This document shows, piece after piece, positions 10,855 through 19,288 of a stretch of DNA of 64,000 nucleotides (the first letter of the stretch is position 1; every line of letters begins with the position of its first letter). Location: contig JAHFOO010000001.1 in the NCBI GenBank assembly GCA_023261645.1, forward strand, positions 67,871-131,870, written 5' to 3'. The notes beneath the pieces are model-generated. The model saw only the letters and a program-made list of their open reading frames with translations. It had not been told where the DNA came from and did no database searches. This DNA comes from Candidatus Moraniibacteriota bacterium (GTDB lineage Bacteria > Patescibacteriota > Minisyncoccia > Moranbacterales > UBA1568). Made by a program: the position numbers and the translations under genes.

Positions 10855-10991
10855 TGGCTTATCCGAAGCAAGATAAGAGAAGATAAGAAAGTAATTTATT
10901 TATTTTTTGAGAGTTGGAAAAAAACAAACTATTCTTTTGCCATCAAGGAGCGTGGAAAGACTTGAAACAAGGCAATAAACAGTATCCCTGA

Positions 10992-11020
10992 TTGACCAAG
11001 ACCATTTTTCCTGCTATAAT
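10992..11020 (+). promoter_or_regulatory. Near-consensus sigma70 promoter
   Basis: TTGACC-17-TATAAT with extended -10 TG. Confidence 0.8.
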
Positions 11021-11026
11021 GAGTTT

Positions 11027-11720
11027 GTAAGTAGATGAACTTTGACAATTTTCCTTCATTGCCTCCGATTCTTTTCGGATAGCAAACCGTTTTCGAACGG
11101 TGAAAGAGTTTCTTATCATAATTCCCATTTTGTTATGGGAAATTAGGAGAAGAGACTCTTTCACTGTTCAAGTGTTTCGACAATGTATCGAGACCGCCTC
11201 GCCCTAACACGAGGACCAAAACAAAAACAAAAGAAGTTTACTCCTGAAAAATAAAAAAACTAGGAGAAAAACAAAAAGAAACAAAAAATCGTTCTTTCAA
11301 AAAAAACAAAGGCTACGTGCCAGAGAACGGTGAAGGGAGAAGTAGTTGAACGTTAGGACAACTGCAAAAACTGGTGCAAGTGCACAAATTACAGGAATGA
11401 TCAATGGATTACCACGCTTTCTCACCCGAAGCTACGTAACCGACATACCTGTTGGCACATGCAAGTTCGGGCGTTACAGCCAAGTATTTATTTATTGGGC
11501 GTCGTAACGCCCGACACCAACATTCTTATGGTGATCGGGCAAGCAGAAAGAAGATAATAATGGCTTAGAAGGCCGTTTTTTTGTTGTTTGTCTATGCGGA
11601 AGCATAGGTATAAACAACAAACCCCGCGAACCCAACCTTCATATAATAAAAAGGATGGTTGTTAAGAGCGAATTATTTTAAAATAAGAGGTCATATATTT
11701 GTGTCGGTTCTGCGGGGTCT
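11027..11720 (+). ncRNA. Candidate large structured non-coding RNA (~700 nt), class not recognised
   Basis: No + strand ORF of 60 aa or more; many long stems with G.U pairs, UUCG and GGAA tetraloops, boxA-like motifs, A-rich linker. Confidence 0.6.
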
Positions 11721-11728
11721 TTACCTTT

Positions 11729-11921
11729 GATATTTTCTGACCACAAGCAACCTCCCCGGGAGCCGTTCGTTCACCCAGCGGTGAACTTCTCTTATGAAGC
11801 TTTTTCGATCCGTCGAAGACGACGGCACCCTGCCTACCGGCAGGCAGGCATGCTCACTTGTCCGCCGTAGGCGGGAAAAAAGCTCAAACCTCCCGGGAAG
11901 ATTCTTGTGGCAGAAAATATC
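11729..11921. repeat. Long palindromic element family A, copy 2, with two REP-like insertions
   Basis: GATATTTTCTG(A)CCACAAG...CTTGTGGCAGAAAATATC; shares TTCTCTTATG..TTTTCGATCC.TCGAAGACGA.GG with 6936-7066. Confidence 0.8.
11829..11848. repeat. 20-bp REP-like palindrome
   Basis: CCTGCCTACCGGCAGGCAGG; reverse-complement copies at 14759 and 45501. Confidence 0.9.
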
Positions 11922-11958
11922 CTCACCTTCTGTTTATTTGATGTGATATCATATACAT

Positions 11959-12348
11959 ATGGGTACATTTTTCGTGCAATCGAAAATCGGATCTCTCGGT
12001 GAAGACCTCGGATGTCGCTATTTGCGAGAAAAAGGTTACAAAATCCTTCAAATGAATTATTGCAATGCATCTGGGCGTCGGTTGGGAGAAATTGACATTG
12101 TGGCTCAGAAAGGGAAAGAGCTGATTTTTGTGGAAGTGAAAACACGTCTGAGTACGGAAAAAAACGATATTGTGCCGGAAGCAGGCATTACTCGGGCAAA
12201 ATTACACAAATTGGAACGCATTGTCGCTTGTTATTTGAGAGAGAAGAATTGTCAGTCGGTCGCATATCATTTTGATGCCTTGGCTATCGTGTACGATGAG
12301 GTCACGAAGAAAGCCTTTATTCGTCACCTGGAGCATATTTTTTTGTAG
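11959..12348 (+). CDS. yraN: YraN family endonuclease-fold protein
   Basis: GSLGEDLG, GEIDIVA, FVEVKTR. Confidence 0.9.
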   Translation: MGTFFVQSKIGSLGEDLGCRYLREKGYKILQMNYCNASGRRLGEIDIVAQKGKELIFVEVKTRLSTEKNDIVPEAGITRAKLHKLERIVACYLREKNCQSVAYHFDALAIVYDEVTKKAFIRHLEHIFL

Positions 12349-12411
12349 ACAGAAACTCGGTTTTTTGCTATACTGGAAGAGTGGAGGAATAATTTTTTTG
12401 AGTACAACCGT

Positions 12412-12756
12412 ATGGCACTTGATGAAAATACTTTGGCAGTATTGAAAGAGAATCTTTTAAAAGAAAAAACCCGTTTGGAGGATGGACTTTCTGTTTTCGC
12501 CAAATCTACCGGAGTACCTGGTGATTATGAAACTCAGATGGAAGTCATCGGTACCGATATGGATGACAATGCTACTGAAGTAGAAGAGTATGTCGGTAAT
12601 CTCGGTTTGGAGGCGAACCTCGAAGCTCAACTCAAAGACGTAAATGATGCTTTGGACAAGATGAGCAAAGGAACATACGGAGTGTGCGAGATAACAGGGG
12701 AAGAAATAAACAGAGATCGTTTGAAAGCATATCCTGCGGCTCGTACGGCACTTTAG
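12412..12756 (+). CDS. TraR/DksA family protein (one Cys only)
   Basis: ALDKMSKGTYGVCEITGEEI..RLKAYPAA. Confidence 0.85.
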   Translation: MALDENTLAVLKENLLKEKTRLEDGLSVFAKSTGVPGDYETQMEVIGTDMDDNATEVEEYVGNLGLEANLEAQLKDVNDALDKMSKGTYGVCEITGEEINRDRLKAYPAARTAL

Positions 12757-12778
12757 TTCGTAATCGAATGATTTTTTT

Positions 12779-13189
12779 ATGAGGTTGCAGAAAGTATTTT
12801 TGTCGATGCTTTTGGTGGCCTTTTTTCTTTGTCTACAATTCTTGATACGCTCTTTCGTTGTTACGACAGCGTATGCTGGAGCACTCTGTAATGATGGCGG
12901 AGCATTTGGGATCCTACTCCCGGGATGGTTGTTTGTTTTTGTCGATTCTCTGGTAGTGATCGCGATGGCGATGATGTGGTCGAGAGACAGAAACCACACC
13001 TTTGGATGGCCATGGATTTTCATCTTGTCTGGCGGGCTGGGGAATCTTTTGGAGCGTGTACTGTTTGGTTGTATTATGGATTATGGGACAGTACTATTCC
13101 TTCCCGTGTTCAATATTGCGGATGTATTATTGACGATAGGAGTGACAGGTATTTTATTTTCTTGGTATATCGATGATAAGAAAGATTAA
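12779..13189 (+). CDS. lspA: Signal peptidase II
   Basis: NDGGAFG, GGLGNLLER, VFNIADV. Confidence 0.85.
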   Translation: MRLQKVFLSMLLVAFFLCLQFLIRSFVVTTAYAGALCNDGGAFGILLPGWLFVFVDSLVVIAMAMMWSRDRNHTFGWPWIFILSGGLGNLLERVLFGCIMDYGTVLFLPVFNIADVLLTIGVTGILFSWYIDDKKD

Positions 13190-13200
13190 AATAAAAAGTT

Positions 13201-14724
13201 ATGTCGGCTAAAGTATTTTCTGCGACGACCCTTGGATTGGAAAGTGTTTCTGTGGAAGTGGAAGTCGATGTTCTCTCTGCCGGACTTCATATGTTCACGC
13301 TGGTCGGTTTGCCAGATACGTCCATCAAAGAATCATGAGATCGAGTCAGCGCTGCTCTGAAAAACAGTGGTTTCAAGCCACCACACCAATGTGGTCGCGT
13401 GACGGTCAATCTTGCTCCAGCTGATTTACCCAAGAATACTCCGATCTATGATTTGCCGATGGCACTCGGATTTCTTGTGGCGACAGAACAACTTTCATTC
13501 GATTATCGGAAGAAACTTTTTATCGGCGAGTTGGCGCTCGATGGCACCGTACGTCGCGTGCAGGGCGTATTGCCGATTGCTCTCTATGCCAAAGAAAAAG
13601 GATTCGAAGAGATATATGTTCCGGAAGAAAACACGTATGAGGCCGGACTCGTCTTGGGTATCGATGTCATCCCCGTGAAGAATCTTTTTGATGTTGCGAA
13701 ACATTTGAGTGGTGAAAAACGGATAGAATCTTTCGTACGGGAAGAAATAGTTTTTTCTACGGAAGAATATGAGGGACTGGATATGTCATACGTGCTCGGT
13801 CAAGAGCATGCCAAGCGTGCGCTCGAAATCGCTGCCGCAGGAGGACACAATACGCTCTTTATCGGACCACCTGGATCAGGGAAGACACTTCTTGCGAAGA
13901 CGCTCCCGACTATTCTACCGAAACTCGATCTGGAAGAGAGTTTGGAAATCACCAAAATATTTTCTATTGCCGGACGACTGCTCAAAGACAAGGCACTCAT
14001 TATGACGCGACCGTTCCGCTCTCCGCATCATTCGGCCAGTGCCGTATCATTGGTAGGAGGAGGCTCCTTTCCGAAGCCGGGAGAAATCAGTCTGGCTCAT
14101 AGAGGAGTATTGTTCCTGGATGAGTTTGCGGAATTTTCACGGGCAGTTCTGGAGAATCTCCGTCAACCGCTCGAAGATGGCGAAATCACCGTCTCTCGAG
14201 CCAAAGGATCGCTTCATTTTCCAGCGCGTTTTATGTTGGTCGCTGCGATGAATCCCTGCCCATGCGGACACGCGGGAGATCCTGAGCGGATATGTGCCTG
14301 TTCACCGTATCAGGTGGTTCGGTATCGTCAGAAAATCTCCGGGCCGATCCTCGATCGTATCGATCTGCATATTGATGTACCACGTGTGAAATTCGACAAG
14401 CTTGAAGGCAAAGAAACCGGCACAGAGAAAAGCAGTGCTATCAGAGCGCGGGTAGAGAGTGCTCGTGCGATACAGAAAGAACGTTTTATGAAAAAAGGAT
14501 GTCGCACCAATGCCGAGATGACGAGTCATATGGTGAAGGAGTTCTGTGCTTTGAATGATGAAACACGAGAAATTCTCCGTAGCGCCGTGACAACATTGAA
14601 ACTCTCCGCACGAGCGTATATGAGGATACTGAAAGTGGCGCGGACGATTGCTGATCTGGCAGAAGCTCCATCTATCGGTGTGCCACATCTGACCGAGGCA
14701 CTCCAATATCGATATAAGGAATAA
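13201..14724 (+). pseudogene. comM: ComM/YifB Mg-chelatase-like AAA+ ATPase, interrupted by in-frame TGA at 13336-13338
   Basis: ATG 13201 reads MSAKVFSATTLGLESVSVEVEVD...VGLPDTSIKES*DRVSAALKNSG...TVNLAPADLPK; GPPGSGKT, LFLDE, NPCPCG intact downstream. Confidence 0.8.
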
Positions 14725-14758
14725 CGGGTATTTACCCGATTTTACCGGCACTCGCTCG

Positions 14759-14778
14759 CCTGCCTGCCGGTAGGCAGG
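14759..14778. repeat. 20-bp REP-like palindrome
   Basis: CCTGCCTGCCGGTAGGCAGG. Confidence 0.9.
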
Positions 14779-14817
14779 GTTTAGTAATAAAAAAGAGACA
14801 CAATGATTATCGTGTCT

Positions 14818-15225
14818 CTATGAGTGAAAGAGGAATTCCTCCACGATCACTCTGAATGCGTCTCCGTGAGTAAGTGTGTCTGCGATATCATCTGCATAGA
14901 GATCGCGGATGACAGTTGCCACTATCGTAAAAGAACTTCTGTTTCGTACGTCCGCAAAGGTCGTCTCTTTCTGTTTGTTTGCCCAATTCCTTTCTGTGAT
15001 GAGAAAAAATCGCACATCCGGTACTATCATTTCCGTGAGTGCCTGTAATTCCTTCGCTGTGATACCTTTGGCTTGCAAGGCCGACGTTATCTGTCCTCGC
15101 TCCTTGAAATTCCTTTTGGCGAGAGCATAGCGCAGGCGTTCTTCCAAGACTTTGATGGCCTCGAGTCGCTGTTCTTTCCTTTCCTTCATTTCCCGAAGAA
15201 TTTCTTTTGGATGAGGAATGTTCAT
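14818..15225 (-). CDS. Hypothetical orphan protein (135 aa)
   Basis: ATG at 15225 with AAGGAG 6 nt upstream; AGAGACAC/GTGTCTCT hairpin downstream. Confidence 0.6.
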   Translation of the reverse strand: MNIPHPKEILREMKERKEQRLEAIKVLEERLRYALAKRNFKERGQITSALQAKGITAKELQALTEMIVPDVRFFLITERNWANKQKETTFADVRNRSSFTIVATVIRDLYADDIADTLTHGDAFRVIVEEFLFHS

Positions 15226-15411
15226 TGGGAGCTCCTTTCTTGAATCTACGGACATCCTACACGATTTTGGGATGAGATGCAAAAAGAGGGAAAGAGGGTA
15301 TGGAACAGGGCTTTCGGCTGAAAACGAGACCAAAGCTGTCATATTCCGTGAATAATGAGGGGATGCTACACTGAGAGGACAAGAATATGACAAGGAATGA
15401 TGATGAAAATT

Positions 15412-16386
15412 ATGAGTCGAGAAGCAAGAGGAAGAAGAAAAAGAGGGAGAAGGATTATTTCTGTCTTGGCGATAGTGCTATTTTTCGGTTTCGTGTATTT
15501 CAATTATTTTCGAAAAGAAAAGAGTGAGGAATGGAATAGGAATCTTGAAAAAATAGTCACCGTTTCCGATGGCAGATTGGATTTTTCTTTTGCAGAAGTT
15601 TCTGAAAAAACGGTAGGAGAATTCTTGGATGCAAGAAAGCTATCGCTTCGGGAAGGTGACAGTATTTTCCCCAGTGAAGAAGCACCACTTTTTTCCGGAA
15701 CACATATCATTATCGGACGAGCTCATCTTATGAAAGTTGCGGTTGATGGCGGAGAGCAGATACTGCATACGCAGGCGATGACAGTAGGGCAGGCATTAGA
15801 AGAGAGCGCTCTTGTGATAGATGAAGATGATATCGTGAAACCAAGTCGTGACACGTTTGCAGAGAGTGATATGAGAGTCGTGATTATACGAGTACAGATA
15901 GAAGAAGTGTCTGTCGAGAAACCGATCGCATTCGAGAAAAAAACGAACGAAGACGACAAGCTTTCTTGGCGGAAAAACATCGTGACGCAGAAGGGAGAAG
16001 ATGGAATACAGAAACTCATCTACAAGGTGAGCAGATATGATGGCAAGGAAGTAAACCGGAAATTGCTCGATACGGAAGTTATCAAAGAACCGACTCCTCA
16101 GATATCGACACAGGGAACGTACGTGAAGCTCGGCAAGAGCCACACGGGCGGAGCTTCGTGGTATGCTTACACAGGGACAATGTCGGCAGCCAACCCGTGG
16201 CTTCCTTTGGGAAGCTTCGTCAAAGTGACCAACACGGAGAACGGAAAAAGTGTCATTGTAAAGATCAATGATCGCGGACCGTTCGTGAAGAGCCGTATCA
16301 TCGATCTCGACAAGGTGGCATTCGCAAAGATCGCTTCCGTCGGAGCCGGTGTCATCAATGTAAAAATGGAAGAAATCACCAACTAG
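15412..16386 (+). CDS. DUF348 + G5 + RlpA-like double-psi beta-barrel cell-wall protein
   Basis: N-terminal TM, two TVG.. DUF348-like units, G5 (QKGEDG), ASWY and VKINDRGPF..RIIDL; alternative start 15397. Confidence 0.85.
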   Translation: MSREARGRRKRGRRIISVLAIVLFFGFVYFNYFRKEKSEEWNRNLEKIVTVSDGRLDFSFAEVSEKTVGEFLDARKLSLREGDSIFPSEEAPLFSGTHIIIGRAHLMKVAVDGGEQILHTQAMTVGQALEESALVIDEDDIVKPSRDTFAESDMRVVIIRVQIEEVSVEKPIAFEKKTNEDDKLSWRKNIVTQKGEDGIQKLIYKVSRYDGKEVNRKLLDTEVIKEPTPQISTQGTYVKLGKSHTGGASWYAYTGTMSAANPWLPLGSFVKVTNTENGKSVIVKINDRGPFVKSRIIDLDKVAFAKIASVGAGVINVKMEEITN

Positions 16387-16484
16387 TGTCACGAGTACCT
16401 CTTCGGCAGTTGGACTGATGAGTAGTCGATGAGCGTTCAGAGAGGAGGAAGAGAAGAGAGGAATATATATAGTATGAATACAAT

Positions 16485-17279
16485 ATGAAAAAAATAGTTG
16501 CGAAAAAATCATTGGGACAGAATTTCCTTCAGGATGAAGAAATCATTGAGAGGATTTTCGATGTGGCGGAAGTGACTTCGGGCGACTGGGTGTTCGAAAT
16601 CGGTCCTGGAACAGGAGTACTCACATTTCGTTTGGTGGATCGGGCAGAAAAAATACTGGCCATTGAGCTCGACCATCAACTGGTGACACGTCTCCAGGAC
16701 CAGTTCATCGATTCGAAAAGTGTGTCCATTCTCGAGGGGAACATCCTTGATGTTGATTTGAAAGAATTGCTCGAAACATCGGGTTTTTCCGAACACCCCT
16801 ACAAGATTATCGCCAATATCCCATATTACATCACTGCACCGATTATTCGGACGCTTCTTTCACTCACATACCAGCCTGTATCGATGACGCTTATGGTGCA
16901 GGATGCGGTGGCGGATCGGTTGGCTGCAGAGCCGGGGGATATGTCACTCCTTTCTCTTATGGCACAGTACTATGCGACGGTAGAGAAGAAATTTTTCGTA
17001 TCGAAAGAAGCGTTCGATCCCGTGCCGAAAGTGAATAGCGCAGTGATTCAGATTATTCCGAGGAGGGCGTATGATCCCGAGGAAGACCGCAAAGTATTTC
17101 GTTTGGCTCGTGCCGGATTTTCCGCTCGTCGCAAGACACTGGCGAACAATCTTTCTTCCAGCCTCAGTGTTCCGAAAGAAATAGTGGAAGCAAAATTAGC
17201 AGAGCTTGGTTTACGAAAAGATATCCGCGCACAAGCGCTCTCTGTCACTGACTGGGAAAATTTACAGAAGATTTTTTGA
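16485..17279 (+). CDS. rsmA: 16S rRNA adenine dimethyltransferase KsgA
   Basis: KKSLGQNFL, EIGPGTG, ANIPYYIT, PKVNSAV. Confidence 0.97.
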   Translation: MKKIVAKKSLGQNFLQDEEIIERIFDVAEVTSGDWVFEIGPGTGVLTFRLVDRAEKILAIELDHQLVTRLQDQFIDSKSVSILEGNILDVDLKELLETSGFSEHPYKIIANIPYYITAPIIRTLLSLTYQPVSMTLMVQDAVADRLAAEPGDMSLLSLMAQYYATVEKKFFVSKEAFDPVPKVNSAVIQIIPRRAYDPEEDRKVFRLARAGFSARRKTLANNLSSSLSVPKEIVEAKLAELGLRKDIRAQALSVTDWENLQKIF

Positions 17280-17547
17280 ACTTTCAATAATTCTTTTTGT
17301 TCTTTTCAATATGATTGTTCGCCAGCCAAAAATAATCTTTCGTCTCTGCTCCAGACTCACCGGCCTTCTTTACTCGCTAAAAATATTCCCTCACTCTACG
17401 GCATCCCCGCCCGCAACGCATTCGCGTAGCGATTCGGGCAGGCATAGGAAATTTTTAGAGTAAAGAAAGCCGTTTCAGACAAGTAGAACAACCATCAAAA
17501 AATTCTTTTGTCTGTTGAACCTAAGGGAAGCAGAAGTTGCAGTTCAA
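17276..17547. repeat. Long palindromic element family B, copy 1, with a 37-bp REP-like insertion
   Basis: Nested stems; core AGACTCA...TTCCCTCACTC.ACGGCA.C[insert]CATAGGAAATTTTT...TTCA.ACAAGT shared with 59872-60042. Confidence 0.75.
17406..17442. repeat. 36/37-bp REP-like palindrome
   Basis: CCCGCCCGCAACGCATTCGCGTAGCGATTCGGGCAGG; relatives at 34594 and 61586. Confidence 0.85.
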
Positions 17548-17562
17548 GTACGATGGAAAGCT

Positions 17563-19197
17563 CTAAAATAAAAGGAAGACTATAATAAGTCCGTAGGCGA
17601 CGAGGATGGGGATAGTGATGCCGGGGAGTTTGCGGTATGCGAAGAAAGAATCCTCTTTATCTGTTCCTTTCTGTATGATCCAGAAGGCGAGACTACCGAA
17701 GAAAAGTGCCGGTATGAAAAGTATTCGAGCATTGAGAAGAAGCGGACTCCACACATACAGAAGAAACGTCAGACTTCCGATGAGGAGCTGTGCTTTCTTG
17801 GCTCCGAGGATGACAGGAACAGTAAAAACGCTGTCTCTCTTGTCACCGGCGATATCTTTGAAATCTTTGATAGGAAGACAGAGGGCGTACGCGGTAAAAA
17901 GATAGAAAAGAAGAGAGAGGGGAAAATCGCTCAGATTGCCGTTTGGAGAAACGGCAAGAAAGCCGGCGATGAGAACGAGTATGCCGGCGAAAGCGGCGAG
18001 TATCGTGGCAACGAGAGGGAAGCGTTTGAGCCTGAGAGGAGGAGCCGAGTAGATCCAAGCGACGGCTTGGTATCCGAGGAGAAGCAACATCGCAGAGAAA
18101 CTCATAATGCCGGAAAAAATGAGTGAAGTGATGAAAAAGAGGATACCAAAAGTCCTGTAGAGATGTTCCGGAATGGTATTTTCGATGAGCGGTCGGGTCT
18201 TGTTGGTGATGGTATCGATATTTTTGTCGAAGCAGTCATTTCCTATCACGGAGGCTATCCAGGTGCTTTCGACGGCGATGAGGAGGACGATGGCGCCTGC
18301 AATATGGAAAAAATCGAAGCGCAGCGGCGCGTCTGTGAAGAGAAATGCCAGCGCCATACCGATGAAGAGGAGTCCGCCATGGTAGATGAGCTGTGGCAAG
18401 CGGGTATTCTTCCAGAGTGCGATGAAATACTTCGGATATTCGCGCCAGAGTATGAACCCTGTCAATACAAGAGCGAGTATTCCGTAGACGATACTCATTT
18501 TGACATTCAGTACGCTACGGAAATCTGTCAGACTGCGTGCAAAAATATTTTCCGGAGTAAGGAAGAGTCCGGCTACATCATTGGCGCTGATGGCGAGAAA
18601 ACTTTTCTGAAATGAGAGGATGCCGAGCGTGATCCAGGCAGGGAATGTACCGAGAATGAAAAGAATGGTATAGGCGAGAAGAGAAACGATGAGCGCTTTT
18701 TTGAGACGCTTTGATTTGATGTAGGTATAGAACCCGAGAGCGAGCGTGACGATGACGACTTCGACACGGACACCATACGTGATACCCATATCAGGATTGT
18801 TGCCGAACAGTGTCACGAATCGATGGAGGAGTCCGAAGAATCCATCAAATGCATAGAAACTCCAGAAATGACTGCCGTGGAAAATAGCATTGTCGATGAA
18901 AGGTGGCGTGAGAATGATGAGAAAACCGAAAAGGAGAACACTCACAGCCTTCTGAAAATTGATAGCGCCGGCATAGCGGACAAGGAAGATCAAGAGGAGG
19001 AACGAACACAAGAAGAAGAGGAACGTATGCGTGAACTCGAAGAAGAAAAAGAAAAAAGTGTGTTCTTGGAAAAGTCCCAACGTGTTTTCGATGAGAAGAC
19101 GAGTGATGATGAGGGCGAAAAAAGCTATCACAAAAGAAGTGAGCGTTATCGGTGCGTCCTCGATAGTTTTTATACTGCGCGATAGGAGATGTTTCAT
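17563..19197 (-). CDS. UbiA family prenyltransferase with N-terminal membrane extension
   Basis: NDCFDKNIDTITNKTRP, YSAPPLRLKR, KDFKDIAGD. Confidence 0.85.
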   Translation of the reverse strand: MKHLLSRSIKTIEDAPITLTSFVIAFFALIITRLLIENTLGLFQEHTFFFFFFEFTHTFLFFLCSFLLLIFLVRYAGAINFQKAVSVLLFGFLIILTPPFIDNAIFHGSHFWSFYAFDGFFGLLHRFVTLFGNNPDMGITYGVRVEVVIVTLALGFYTYIKSKRLKKALIVSLLAYTILFILGTFPAWITLGILSFQKSFLAISANDVAGLFLTPENIFARSLTDFRSVLNVKMSIVYGILALVLTGFILWREYPKYFIALWKNTRLPQLIYHGGLLFIGMALAFLFTDAPLRFDFFHIAGAIVLLIAVESTWIASVIGNDCFDKNIDTITNKTRPLIENTIPEHLYRTFGILFFITSLIFSGIMSFSAMLLLLGYQAVAWIYSAPPLRLKRFPLVATILAAFAGILVLIAGFLAVSPNGNLSDFPLSLLFYLFTAYALCLPIKDFKDIAGDKRDSVFTVPVILGAKKAQLLIGSLTFLLYVWSPLLLNARILFIPALFFGSLAFWIIQKGTDKEDSFFAYRKLPGITIPILVAYGLIIVFLLF

Positions 19198-19288
19198 ATG
19201 ACTTTATGATAGCATATTCAGAGAATAGAGTGTTCTTGGAAATTATGCTAAAATGACACAGTTATAGAAGATTGAGAAGAGAGAAAAT

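Noticed and set aside
10943-11164. 73-aa minus-strand ORF
   Set aside because: Runs antisense across the promoter and stems; no recognisable protein features
11027-11720. tmRNA, RNase P RNA, rRNA remnant, group I/II intron or oriC
   Set aside because: No tRNA-like ends, no GAGGAAAGTCC, no rRNA-like sequence, no domain V or P7 motifs and no TTATCCACA boxes found by eye on either strand
16385-16470. Hammerhead ribozyme (CTGATGAG)
   Set aside because: No stem II followed by GAAA and no matching stems I and III
18163-19185. Charged + strand ORFs of 150 and 120 aa
   Set aside because: Antisense shadows of the hydrophobic UbiA-family gene
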